The notes under the pieces were generated by a model. It did no database searches. It was given only the letters and a program-made list of their open reading frames with translations, and had not been told where the DNA came from. From an uncultured Hyphomicrobiales bacterium (lineage in GTDB: Bacteria > Pseudomonadota > Alphaproteobacteria > Rhizobiales > Xanthobacteraceae), in NCBI GenBank assembly GCA_964459765.1, contig CAYWNY010000003.1:12861-76860 (forward strand): a stretch of 64,000 nucleotides of DNA, written 5' to 3'. How positions within the stretch are numbered: the stretch's first letter is position 1; the number at the start of each line of letters is the position of its first letter. A program made the translations under genes and the position numbers. Of this stretch, positions 30,213 to 38,435 are shown piece by piece.

Positions 30213-30226
30213 TTGATCTAGGTCAG
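30213..30226. promoter_or_regulatory. Near-consensus FixK box TTGATCTAGGTCAG
   Basis: The left half-site is perfect and the right half is GTCAG (one mismatch to the degenerate RTCAA). It lies about 100 nt upstream of the ADH ATG at 30118, in a divergent intergenic region. Confidence 0.45.
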
Positions 30227-30490
30227 AATGGCGCCTTCTAAACTTTGCTTGGTTGCACCGCAGCGGTCGGGATTTGCGAGCCATGCAGCAGGCTTTGGAG
30301 TACAGCTATACGCGTGAAGGCATCAGGGCGCGCTTAAGCCGCGTCGGCGCCATCAAGAGCCGGTGGTGGATCCGGATTGGAAACTTTTGCGATCGGCATG
30401 AGTGCCGCCGCGGTCGCCTTCGCGGCGGGCTTTGCATTGAAGGCGTTAGTTCACGCGTCCGTCCTGTAGCAGTTTCTCAAATCGTCGAGG

Positions 30491-30745
30491 ATGACAATGG
30501 AGCTCAGCGCAGCAATTTATACACGCCGCTCGGCGCGCGAATACACCGCGCAACCGGTTGACGACAAAACCATTCGCGAACTGATCGATGCCGCGGTGCA
30601 GGCGCCGAGCGCGGTCAATAGACAGCCTTGGTCGTTTTGCGTCGTGCGCGACAAAGCGCTCCTTACTCGCATATCTCGCGCCGCCAAAGCGCACATCTTG
30701 AAAAGCACGCCAGTCGGGCTCTTGTCGCCCACGCGCCTGTGCTGA
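30491..30745 (+). pseudogene. Nitroreductase-family gene remnant (N-terminal ~80 codons; a further fragment in another frame to about 30800)
   Basis: MELSAAIYTRRSAREYTAQPVDDKTIRELIDAAVQAPSAVNRQPWSF is a typical nitroreductase N-terminus. The ORF then stops, and the conserved HAPVLIVIC block appears in a different frame (track ORF 30628..30927) and runs into the convergent HPF gene. Confidence 0.6.
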
Positions 30746-30805
30746 TTGTGATTTGCATTGTCGCAGAAACGTCACGGGCGACCGAAGACACCGCCCGTCA
30801 AAAAA

Positions 30806-31375
30806 TCACGCCCGCAATCCGTGTTTGCCGGCGAGCCGCACTGTCGTCGCTTGCGGTCCCTTGTCGCCCGGCTCTTCCGCGAAGGCCACTCGCGTGCCGA
30901 CCTGCAACTTGGCAAATCCGTCGTTGAGCACGCTGTTGCGGTGAAAGTAGATTTCCTGGCCGTCGCCCGCCTCGAGGAAGCCGAATTCGCCCGAAGGATC
31001 GAGCCGCACCACCGTCCCGATCGGCGGTCGCTCGTCATGTTTCACATCGCCGCGCGTCAGCCGTACTTTGTCTTCCAGCTGGCGGCGGGCATGCTTAAAG
31101 GCATCGCTGATGGCGGACGTCAGGTCAGAATGGCGTTCGTCGTGCGTCGGCGTGCGCGAGACATTCACTTCCCGGCCCTGCGGCAGCGCGAGACGAATGT
31201 GCACTTCATACAGCCCACCTTTGTGGTGATGTTGGCTGGGTGCTTTGACCACGACCCGGCAGGCAGTGATGCGGCCGAAGAGTTCTTCGAGCTGGCCGAT
31301 GTGCGCGCTGATCACGTCCTCGATCTGCGGCGTGCCAGCCATGCCTTGAAACTGGATTTCAGGGGGCGTTTCCAT
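30806..31375 (-). CDS. HPF/RaiA-family ribosome-associated domain fused to a C-terminal cold-shock (OB) domain
   Basis: The N-terminal ~110 aa (ITACRVVVKAPSQHHHKGGLYEVHIRLALPQGREVNV...AFKHARRQLED) fit the S30AE/HPF pattern. The C-terminal part (GTVVRLDPSGEFGFLEAGDGQEIYFHRNSV...VGTRVAF) fits a cold-shock domain. The ATG at 31375 has GGGAGA 9 nt upstream, and the track ORF extends to GTG 31399. Confidence 0.7.
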   Translation of the reverse strand: METPPEIQFQGMAGTPQIEDVISAHIGQLEELFGRITACRVVVKAPSQHHHKGGLYEVHIRLALPQGREVNVSRTPTHDERHSDLTSAISDAFKHARRQLEDKVRLTRGDVKHDERPPIGTVVRLDPSGEFGFLEAGDGQEIYFHRNSVLNDGFAKLQVGTRVAFAEEPGDKGPQATTVRLAGKHGLRA

Positions 31376-31443
31376 GTTCGACATTCTCCCGCTAAGCACG
31401 TGTTCTCGCCGTTCATCTATCCGCAGCGCTGCGTGACCTGGCT

Positions 31444-31457
31444 TTGATCTCTATCAA
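31444..31457. promoter_or_regulatory. Perfect FixK/FNR-type box TTGATCTCTATCAA
   Basis: This is an exact TTGAT-N4-ATCAA palindrome centred about 75 nt upstream of the HPF-CSD ATG at 31375 (minus strand). Confidence 0.75.
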
Positions 31458-31538
31458 AGTGCGCCCAAATGCGGCTTTACTCAGGCCGCCAGTTCTCCGA
31501 GACGCGTTCCTTTTCTCCGCCGGCGGTCGGAGTAGAGG

Positions 31539-31877
31539 TTATTTCTTCAGCGTTGCGATGTAAGTGGCGATGTCGTCGGCAGCCATTCGGCTCAACGGCA
31601 GTTCCGGCATCTTCGGGTGCGGATCGAGCAGGAAGTGCAAGAGTTTATCCGTATCGAACCCCGGCGATTGGGCGATCTGGGCAAGCGGCGGCACATCGGC
31701 GACCGCACGCTGCTGGTCGGGCGCAACCAGATGGCACGAGGCGCACCACCTGTTCGCAAGATCGAGACCGTGATCCGGTTTGCCTTTGTAGCCGGGCTCT
31801 ATTTCGGCCGCATTGCCTGCCGACACGCCGAAAAGAATGACCGATGCGGCCAGTACCGCAAGCCCGTAATTGGGCAT
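31539..31877 (-). CDS. Class I c-type cytochrome (monohaem)
   Basis: The ATG at 31877 gives MPNYGLAVLAASVILFGVSAGNA (signal peptide). It has the haem motif CASCH and a distal Met in HPKMPEL. The product is 112 aa. Confidence 0.85.
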   Translation of the reverse strand: MPNYGLAVLAASVILFGVSAGNAAEIEPGYKGKPDHGLDLANRWCASCHLVAPDQQRAVADVPPLAQIAQSPGFDTDKLLHFLLDPHPKMPELPLSRMAADDIATYIATLKK

Positions 31878-31972
31878 TGAATGCCTCTTTCCCAAAAATT
31901 CACGGGCGGCCGTCACCGCCGCCTCGCCGAATCGGACGCCAAAACACCTTACCGTCGTTCTCGGCGACGTCT

Positions 31973-31986
31973 CGTGACCTGGATCA
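31973..31986. promoter_or_regulatory. Weak FixK-like box (minus strand TTGATCCAGGTCAC)
   Basis: One perfect half-site and one 3/5 half-site lie about 100 nt upstream of the cytochrome c ATG at 31877. Confidence 0.3.
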
Positions 31987-32142
31987 AAAAGCGTCTATAG
32001 GCCGAGGCCGCCTGCACGACAGCACGCAGACAACCGCGAGCCCGCCGCCATCTACTCCGAATATCTTTTATGTACAGCGTGTTATGATTCGCCAGCGGCG
32101 GCGGCCGCCTGTAAGCAGCCGCGAATTTGCGGGAGGTTTCAG

Positions 32143-33669
32143 ATGGGGCTGCGCGATTTCACTCTGTTCGACGTCATTGAACGCAATGCGCAGCTTTACG
32201 CCGACCGGCCGGCCTTCGTCTGCGAGAGTGAACGCATCAACCATGCTGCCTATTTGAAGCGTGTCGCCGGTTTGGCCGCAGGCCTGGCGCGCGCCGGCGT
32301 CGAACCGGGCGACCGCATTGTCATCCTGTCGCAGAACAGTCTTGAGTTTGTCGATCTCTACGGAGCCACGGCGAGGCTCGGCGCCATCGTCGTGCCGATC
32401 AACTGGCGTCTCAGCGGTCAAGAAGTCGCCTATATCGCCGGCGACGCCGCGCCAAAAGTCCTGATCGCCGACGCCGCCAATCAGCCGGCATTGGCGAGCG
32501 CTCGCGATCAGCTTTCGTCGGCCGGACACTGGTATGGCACCGGCAGCTGCCTTGCGCCCTTTGCACCCTATGCCGAACTGCTGGATCTCGGCGCGGCGCA
32601 TGCTGATGCGTTGCCGAGGGACGTGACAGCCGACGCGGGCTTTGTGATGATTCATACCGCCGCTGTCGGCGGCCGGCCGCGCGGCGCCGTTCTCTCGCAC
32701 CGCAATTTGATCGCCGCCGGCGTTGAACTCATGCGCCAGTGGTCGCTGACGGCCGATGACGTGAATCTTGCCGCATTGCCGCTGTTTCATGTCGCCGGCC
32801 TCGGCATGCTGCTGGCAGCGCAACACGCCGGCGGCTGCAATGTGATCATGCCGAAATTCGACGCCGCCGCGGCGCTCGCTTACATCCGCGACGAACGCGT
32901 CAGCATGCTCGCCGAATTCCCGCCGATGCTCACGACGCTGCTTGACGCCGCCGAAGGCCGCTTCACCGAGCTTGCGAGCTTGCGCGTCGCAACCGGCCTC
33001 GACGGGCCGGAGACCATCACGCGCTTCGAGACGCACTGCCCGCAGGCGCGCTTCTGGTCGGTCTTTGGCCAGACCGAAACATCGGGCTTTGTCACCATGA
33101 GCCCCTATCGCGAGAAACCCGGCACCGCCGGCAAGCCGACCGCGACCGCGCGGGTCGCCACTGTCAACGAAAACGACTTGCCCCTCGGCGCTGGCGAAAT
33201 CGGCGAGATCGTGGTGCGCGGGCCGATTGTTTTTAAGGGCTTCTGGAAGTGCGAGGCGGACACCGCGTTCACGTTCCGAAACGATTGGCATCACACCGGC
33301 GATCAGGGCACATTCGATGCCGAGGGTTACCTTTGGTACAAAGGCCGCTCGCCGGCGAAAGAGCTCATCAAGCCCGGCGGCGAGAATGTCTACCCGGCGG
33401 AGGTCGAGCGTGAAATCGCGGCCCACCCGGCGATTGCCGAAGTAGTCGTGCTCGGCGTTCCCGACCAGCAATGGGGCGAAGCGATTAAGGCGGTTTGTAA
33501 GTGCAAAAGCGGCAATACCGTCACGGCGCAAGACCTGATTGATTTCGTCGGCGCGCGGATCGCGCGCTACAAGCGGCCGAAATATGTAGATTTCGTTGCG
33601 GCCATGCCAAAGACAGCGGCGGGCGCGATCGATCGCGCGGCGGTGAAGAAAGAGCACGGTCAGGCTTGA
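32143..33669 (+). CDS. AMP-binding acyl-CoA synthetase (class I adenylate-forming enzyme)
   Basis: 508 aa with the AMP-binding core blocks (FGQTETSG, WHHTGDQG, GENVYPAEVE and a terminal RYKRPKYV). Confidence 0.88.
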   Translation: MGLRDFTLFDVIERNAQLYADRPAFVCESERINHAAYLKRVAGLAAGLARAGVEPGDRIVILSQNSLEFVDLYGATARLGAIVVPINWRLSGQEVAYIAGDAAPKVLIADAANQPALASARDQLSSAGHWYGTGSCLAPFAPYAELLDLGAAHADALPRDVTADAGFVMIHTAAVGGRPRGAVLSHRNLIAAGVELMRQWSLTADDVNLAALPLFHVAGLGMLLAAQHAGGCNVIMPKFDAAAALAYIRDERVSMLAEFPPMLTTLLDAAEGRFTELASLRVATGLDGPETITRFETHCPQARFWSVFGQTETSGFVTMSPYREKPGTAGKPTATARVATVNENDLPLGAGEIGEIVVRGPIVFKGFWKCEADTAFTFRNDWHHTGDQGTFDAEGYLWYKGRSPAKELIKPGGENVYPAEVEREIAAHPAIAEVVVLGVPDQQWGEAIKAVCKCKSGNTVTAQDLIDFVGARIARYKRPKYVDFVAAMPKTAAGAIDRAAVKKEHGQA

Positions 33670-33732
33670 ACGCCCGACATCGGTGGCTCGCCGAAAGATA
33701 AACGCCGCCGCGACCAGCGTCGCTCCCACTGT

Positions 33733-35544
33733 CTAATGATTGTCCCGTGGCACGTACTTTGTCGCCACGCGTTGGAAGGCGACCGCCGGCTCAAGCACCA
33801 TGCCCTCCGCGAGCTGGTCGACCATGGCGCGCTGGATCTCCTGCCATGGCGTCTGGCTTGGCGGATACCGGTATCCGCCGCTTTGTTTGAGCGCCGCGCG
33901 CCGCTGCGTCAGTTCCTCGTCCGAGATCAGCATGTCGACCGTCCCGCGATTAAGATCGACGCGAACGCGGTCGCCGGTCTTGAGCAAGGCGAGACCGCCG
34001 CCGGCCGCGGCCTCGGGCGATGCGTTGAGAATGCTAGGGGAGCCGGAGGTGCCCGATTGGCGTCCGTCGCCAAGACACGGCAGCGAGCTCACACCGCTTT
34101 TGATCAGCGCTGCCGGCGGCTGCATGTTCACGACCTCGGCGGAACCCGGGTAACCGATCGGTCCAACGCCGCGCATACACAGGATCGTGCGCTCGTCTAC
34201 GCCAAGGGCCGGATCGTCGATGCGTCGGTGGTAATCTTCCGGCCCGTCGAAGACCACGGCGCGGCCTTCGAACGCATTCCGGTCGTCCGGATTGTCGAGG
34301 AAGCGCCGGCGAAAATCTTCGGAAATCACGCTGGTTTTCATGATCGCGGAGTCGAACAAGTTGCCGCGCAGCACCTTGAAGCCGGCGCGCTCCAGCAGCG
34401 GATCGGCATAGGGTCGAATGACGCCGGAATTGAGCGACCGTTCACAGGCCGAATTTTCGCCGATCGTCCTGCCGTTGACCGTCATCGCGCCGGCGTGGAG
34501 GCGGCCGGCTTCAAGCAGCTCACCCATCACGGCCGGCAAGCCGCCAGCCTTGTAATACTCCTCGCCTAAATATTCTCCGGCCGGCTGCATGTTGACGAGC
34601 AGCGGAACGTCATAGCCGATGCTCTCCCAGTCCCCGATCTCGAGCGGCACGCCGATGTGTCGCGCAATGGCATTGATGTGAATCGGCGCGTTGGTCGACC
34701 CACCGATCGCTGCGCAAACGACGATCGCGTTTTCGAATGCAGCACGCGTCAGAATGTCGGACGGTTTCAAGCCGTCACGCACGATCTCGACCGCGCGTAC
34801 GCCGGTTTCATAGGCGATCTGCCCGCGCTCCCGATAGGGAGCCGGGATCGCGGCACAGCCGGGTAACGAAAGACCCAACGCTTCGGCGAGCGCGTTCATG
34901 GTCGAGGCCGTGCCCATGGTGTTGCAATGCCCGATGGACGTCGCCGACTGGGCGACGATATCGATGAACTCGCTGTAATTGATTTTCCCGGCGGCATGCT
35001 CCTCGCGCGCCTGCCAAACAATCGTACCCGAGCCGGCCAGCTTGCCTCGGTTGTAACTATCGAGCATCGGGCCGCCTGACAGCACGATTGCCGGTATATC
35101 GACCGTCGCCGCAGCCATGATGCAGGCCGGCGTGGTTTTGTCGCAGCCGGTCATAAGCACGACGCCGTCGAGCGGATAGCCGAACAGCACTTCGACTAAG
35201 CCGAGATAAGCGAGATTGCGGTCTAATGCGGCCGTCGGCCGCTTGCCGGTCTCCTGAATGGGGTGCACCGGAAACTCGATGGCAACGCCGCCGCCATCGC
35301 GGATGCCGTCACGTACGCGCTTGGCCAACTCAAGATGGTGACGATTACAGGGCGACAGATCCGAGCCGGTTTGCGCGATACCTATAATTGGCCGGCCGGA
35401 ACAGAGTTCCTCGCGCGTCAGGCCGTAGTTGAGATAGCGCTCGAGGTAGAGCGCGGTCATACCGGGATTATCGGGATTGTCGAACCACAACTGCGAACGC
35501 AGGCGCAGCTTTTGGGTTTCCGGTGCCCCGCCGTCTTTCGCCAT
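33733..35544 (-). CDS. IlvD/Edd-family dehydratase (sugar-acid / dihydroxy-acid dehydratase)
   Basis: The ATG at 35544 has a GGAGAG RBS. It carries family blocks ([17 protein letters not shown]-like, [12 protein letters not shown]). The product is 603 aa, and the longer track ORF N-terminus looks non-native. Confidence 0.88.
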   Translation of the reverse strand: MAKDGGAPETQKLRLRSQLWFDNPDNPGMTALYLERYLNYGLTREELCSGRPIIGIAQTGSDLSPCNRHHLELAKRVRDGIRDGGGVAIEFPVHPIQETGKRPTAALDRNLAYLGLVEVLFGYPLDGVVLMTGCDKTTPACIMAAATVDIPAIVLSGGPMLDSYNRGKLAGSGTIVWQAREEHAAGKINYSEFIDIVAQSATSIGHCNTMGTASTMNALAEALGLSLPGCAAIPAPYRERGQIAYETGVRAVEIVRDGLKPSDILTRAAFENAIVVCAAIGGSTNAPIHINAIARHIGVPLEIGDWESIGYDVPLLVNMQPAGEYLGEEYYKAGGLPAVMGELLEAGRLHAGAMTVNGRTIGENSACERSLNSGVIRPYADPLLERAGFKVLRGNLFDSAIMKTSVISEDFRRRFLDNPDDRNAFEGRAVVFDGPEDYHRRIDDPALGVDERTILCMRGVGPIGYPGSAEVVNMQPPAALIKSGVSSLPCLGDGRQSGTSGSPSILNASPEAAAGGGLALLKTGDRVRVDLNRGTVDMLISDEELTQRRAALKQSGGYRYPPSQTPWQEIQRAMVDQLAEGMVLEPAVAFQRVATKYVPRDNH

Positions 35545-35802
35545 CGACCTCTCCAACCTGCGTTTCGCAAGTCCGTTATTGCAAAGTCCGTTCTGCAAAC
35601 CGCGAACCCCAACGCGCTGATGATCCCCCATTCTTAGGGCATCGCGCCCTCGGCCGCAAAAAAGCCGCCGAGCCGCCACGCGCCGAAATTTCGGTCTTGG
35701 TCGCAGGAGGCGTCAAAATCATCGAAGCGCACGGTTTGCGCGTGTGGATCAAAGCCGCCACCGTCGAATAGTTCCCGGTTTTGCCTGCTCTTCGCTTTCC
35801 CT

Positions 35803-35827
35803 GGAACCCAACAAAGCATTCGTCGTT
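35803..35827 (+). promoter_or_regulatory. EcfG-type general-stress promoter GGAAC-N16-CGTT
   Basis: GGAAC (35803-35807), then CCAACAAAGCATTCGT, then CGTT (35824-35827). It lies about 45 nt upstream of ATG 35874. Confidence 0.7.
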
Positions 35828-35873
35828 GATGTCGCGCACTTTCCAACCGCCCATCACCAACCAGGAGTTCAGG

Positions 35874-36130
35874 ATGAAGCCAATAAGTTCTCTACTGGTC
35901 GCGGCAGCACTTGGCGCCAGCGCCCTTGCAATCTCCCCGATCAGCGCATCCGCGGAGATTGTATGCACAGGCAACGTGTGTTGGCATACGCATGACCGAT
36001 ACGACTACCCGCCGGAAGCCAACGTCGTCGTGCACCCGATGACTGGCGTTGGGGTCCTAACGAGCACTTCGGCTGGCGCGAACATGAAGGCCGCGGCTAT
36101 TGGCGCGGTGATCGTTGGATGGAACACTAA
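35874..36130 (+). pseudogene. Small secreted Trp/Arg-rich protein, one frameshift (about 85 aa if repaired)
   Basis: An AGGAG RBS precedes the signal peptide MKPISSLLVAAALGASALAISPISASA. After ...EANVVVHP the plausible continuation DDWRWGPNEHFGWREHEGRGYWRGDRWMEH* lies in the -1 frame. The length of 257 nt is 3n-1, and the break is near 36038 (CCCG/GAT). Confidence 0.55.
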
Positions 36131-36261
36131 GCTTTCGCACTGCTCCGGCGTCGGCCGTCATGCCGACGCCGGCTGCCAGCAAGTGTTTTGCAAATCATTG
36201 TTATGATAGCGTGCGAGTTTTACAGAAAAGGTTGATCCTGAGCAAATTGGAGCATTGAGCC

Positions 36262-36462
36262 ATGGCCACGCGCCGAAAACCCAAATATTCGCCTTCCGCC
36301 GGAAAAGACGTCGAGCGCGAAATGCGCAAGTTCAACCGCGGCACGCTAAAAAGCGGCAAGGGTGGGAAGGGCGGCAAGGTCAACAACCGCAAGCAGGCGA
36401 TCGCTATCGCGTTGTCGGAAGCGCGCAAGGAAGGGAAACGCGTGCCAAATCCGAAAAGGTAA
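36262..36462 (+). CDS. Small basic protein (66 aa), DUF6496-like
   Basis: MATRRKPKYSPSAGKDVEREMRKFNRGTLKSGKGGKGGKVNNRKQAIAIALSEARKEG has the ...RKQAIAIALSEAR... core, which I recognise from a widespread small stress-associated protein family. The family name is given from memory. Confidence 0.6.
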   Translation: MATRRKPKYSPSAGKDVEREMRKFNRGTLKSGKGGKGGKVNNRKQAIAIALSEARKEGKRVPNPKR

Positions 36463-36519
36463 GCCAGCAAAGCGTCGGTCGGCGGCGTCAGTCAAACTCC
36501 GCCTGCCAGATGGAGACGT

Positions 36520-36780
36520 TTGATGACAAATCCACAAGCCCGGCGAGATGCGGACGCGCGCACCGAACTATCTACACACCAGGCAAGACAAGCCGTAACC
36601 GGTCATAATGTGCGCTACGTGCTCCGCTTCGGCACGGTCGCCGTGATCATTGCATTTGCCGCAAGTCTATCTGTCTTTTTTTGCTTGAATTTTCCGGCGC
36701 CTCTATTTTCCGACGCTCTTCTACTACCCCACGAAGGGCCCGCTCATGCGGGCCTTTTTAGGTCAGCGCGCTTAGCCTAG
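36520..36780 (+). CDS. Hypothetical small membrane protein
   Basis: The N-terminal part (ARQAVTGHNVRYVLRFGTVAVIIAFAASLSVFF) resembles short single-TM proteins of rhizobia. The C-terminal extent is uncertain. Confidence 0.4.
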   Translation: MMTNPQARRDADARTELSTHQARQAVTGHNVRYVLRFGTVAVIIAFAASLSVFFCLNFPAPLFSDALLLPHEGPAHAGLFRSARLA

Positions 36781-36894
36781 CGATGGTAGGCAGCGTGGCA
36801 GCCACCGTCGAGCGGGAGACAACACGAGGGCGACGTCCTCGTTCCGGCCCAGGGACAAGACGTGCGGCCCCTTTCGCAAATACGTGATTTGTTT

Positions 36895-36919
36895 GGAACT
36901 CGGTTCCACCGAGGGAGTT
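36895..36919 (+). promoter_or_regulatory. Near-canonical EcfG-type promoter GGAAC-N16-AGTT
   Basis: GGAAC (36895-36899), N16, then AGTT (36916-36919). It lies 38 nt upstream of the 28-codon ORF at 36957. Confidence 0.45.
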
Positions 36920-36956
36920 ATTTGATCGGCTTCGATATTCGATGATGGAGATGACA

Positions 36957-37043
36957 ATGGGCTTCGGACGCGGTGTGTTGTTTTGGCTACTGGGTATCCC
37001 CCTTCCGATCATCATTTTGCTGGCGCTGTTCTGGCACCACTGA
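36957..37043 (+). CDS. Tiny hydrophobic protein (28 aa), not in the ORF track
   Basis: The product is MGFGRGVLFWLLGIPLPIIILLALFWHH, a single TM helix. A GGAG lies about 10 nt upstream, and the gene sits between an EcfG-like promoter and the DUF3309 gene. Confidence 0.5.
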   Translation: MGFGRGVLFWLLGIPLPIIILLALFWHH

Positions 37044-37095
37044 TCCTTCGGACCGGCAATCCGTCGAAAAGTCGAAAAGCAAGCTGGAGGCAACA

Positions 37096-37251
37096 ATGCT
37101 TGGCACTATTCTAATCGTTATTCTTGTTTTGCTCCTGGTTGGAGCATTGCCGACTTGGCCATATAGCGGCGCCTGGGGATATTATCCTTCGAGCGGGCTC
37201 GGATTGGTCGTCGTCGTCGTTCTGATCTTGGTCCTCGTCGGCAGAATCTAG
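37096..37251 (+). CDS. DUF3309-family small membrane protein (51 aa)
   Basis: MLGTILIVILVLLLVGALPTWPYSGAWGYYPSSGLGLVVVVVLILVLVGRI matches the DUF3309 pattern (LGALP.WP.S..WGY.PSGGLG). A GGAGG RBS precedes it. Confidence 0.8.
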   Translation: MLGTILIVILVLLLVGALPTWPYSGAWGYYPSSGLGLVVVVVLILVLVGRI

Positions 37252-37281
37252 CGCCGCGCGAGTCGGATCGAAAATCCGGAG

Positions 37282-37320
37282 GACGTCGCCCATTTCAAAT
37301 CCGGGCGACGTCGCCGTTTT
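37282..37320 (+). terminator. Intrinsic terminator after the DUF3309 gene
   Basis: The stem GACGTCGCCC (37282-37291) pairs with GGGCGACGTC (37303-37312), followed by GCCGTTTT. Confidence 0.6.
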
Positions 37321-37359
37321 GGGACCGATGGACTGCCAATACGGCGGCGAACAATCATT

Positions 37360-37385
37360 GGAACCTTTTCTTTCACACTCACGTT
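37360..37385 (+). promoter_or_regulatory. EcfG-type general-stress promoter GGAAC-N17-CGTT
   Basis: GGAAC (37360-37364), then CTTTTCTTTCACACTCA, then CGTT (37382-37385). It lies 40 nt upstream of ATG 37425. Confidence 0.7.
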
Positions 37386-37424
37386 AATTCCTCAGAGCCG
37401 CTGTGGCTCAGTCGTCGTGAGGAC

Positions 37425-37610
37425 ATGGCCATGTTGGGATGGGCAGCTTTGTTTCTGATTATCGCCATAGTCGCCGGCGTCTTGGGTCTTGCCGGTATCG
37501 CGATTGTCTCGGTGGAAATCGCTAAGGCGATCTTCTTCGTCGCCATCATCTTGTTTCTGGTCTCGGCGGCGATCGGAATCGCTCGCGGGCGGTCGGTACG
37601 CGCGCCGTAA
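37425..37610 (+). CDS. UPF0391 / DUF1328 small membrane protein
   Basis: MAMLGWAALFLIIAIVAGVLGLAGIAIVSVEIAKAIFFVAIILFLVSAAIG is the typical YtjA/UPF0391 two-helix pattern. Confidence 0.85.
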   Translation: MAMLGWAALFLIIAIVAGVLGLAGIAIVSVEIAKAIFFVAIILFLVSAAIGIARGRSVRAP

Positions 37611-37656
37611 GGTCGCGCGAAGTACCCCCGCCTCCGACGATATCTCGATATCTTGG

Positions 37657-38226
37657 ATGGTTGATATGTCTGTGCATAGACCAACCGCGTTTGTGGCAGC
37701 GGCATGCGGCATTTGCCCGACGGGGCTAGCCCTCGTACTGGCCCTCCTAGTAGCGCCGCCGGCGCTTGAAACACACGCCGGCTGGTCGACGCTCGAAGCG
37801 GGACCCGCCGTCAACCGAGACCGCAAGGGTGATCGCCTCGCTGTCATGCATCAGCACAAAACCGCCGGGACGGAGATCGGACTCGGCGGACTCTTCGAAC
37901 TGTCGATCGGCCGGCATCCTGGCGATCTCCTCGCGGTATGGGACGCGGCCGGGCAATTGCGCTTTGTCGTGGACGCTCGCAGCGGCCTCACCGCCGTAAC
38001 CGAAACACCTTCACGAGCTGGGCTAGTGCCCGATCCATTCGATGAGCCTTCGCGTCCGCAAGGACCGCCGTCTCCGACGGTTCCCTTTGGCTGCGAGCCG
38101 CTCGCAAGTTCCTCGACAGATCCCCGCATCGCCGGCCTGACAGGAAAATGCATGTCGGACGCTGCAACCGGGCTTTATGCGGCGCTGTCCGGGCCTGAAA
38201 CGATCCATCAGCCCGCCTTCGATTGA
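37657..38226 (+). CDS. Hypothetical exported protein
   Basis: In-frame ATG within track ORF 37489..38226. The N-terminus is hydrophobic (TAFVAAACGICPTGLALVLALLVAPPALE). The codon third-position GC bias is consistent with coding. I cannot assign a family. Confidence 0.45.
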   Translation: MVDMSVHRPTAFVAAACGICPTGLALVLALLVAPPALETHAGWSTLEAGPAVNRDRKGDRLAVMHQHKTAGTEIGLGGLFELSIGRHPGDLLAVWDAAGQLRFVVDARSGLTAVTETPSRAGLVPDPFDEPSRPQGPPSPTVPFGCEPLASSSTDPRIAGLTGKCMSDAATGLYAALSGPETIHQPAFD

Positions 38227-38435
38227 AGGCGCGTCGAGAGCGTCGTTGCGACCGCCGCCACAGTTCTAAAACATTTAGTTCCCACATTGCGGCAGCAAAT
38301 CGGTGAGCAACCCGCCACCGATGCGCCGCCGCGAGATGATGCATGTTCCGGGACTTTGGTGTAGAAGTTCCCGCACGGGAACAGAACGTTATTTTATCGC
38401 CAGGTTCCCGGCCGGCACGCCCCCGATACCGGAAG

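Noticed and set aside
36145-36172. A 10-bp GC hairpin CCGGCGTCGG...CCGACGCCGG after the small secreted protein gene, considered as a terminator.
   Set aside because: No adjacent T tract follows. It may still terminate transcription in a high-GC organism, but I could not support it enough to list it as a feature.
36232-36245. A FixK-like sequence, TTGATCCTGAGCAA, upstream of the DUF6496-like gene.
   Set aside because: The right half-site breaks the TCAA core (GCAA). The centre is only about 23 nt from the ATG, which is too close for a class II activator site.
38365-38400. A palindrome GTTCCCGCACGGGAAC, with adjacent GGAAC...CGTT-like strings, upstream of the CHASE3 kinase.
   Set aside because: The spacings (4 and 15 nt) do not fit an EcfG promoter. 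It could be an operator, but I have no basis for assigning a binding factor.
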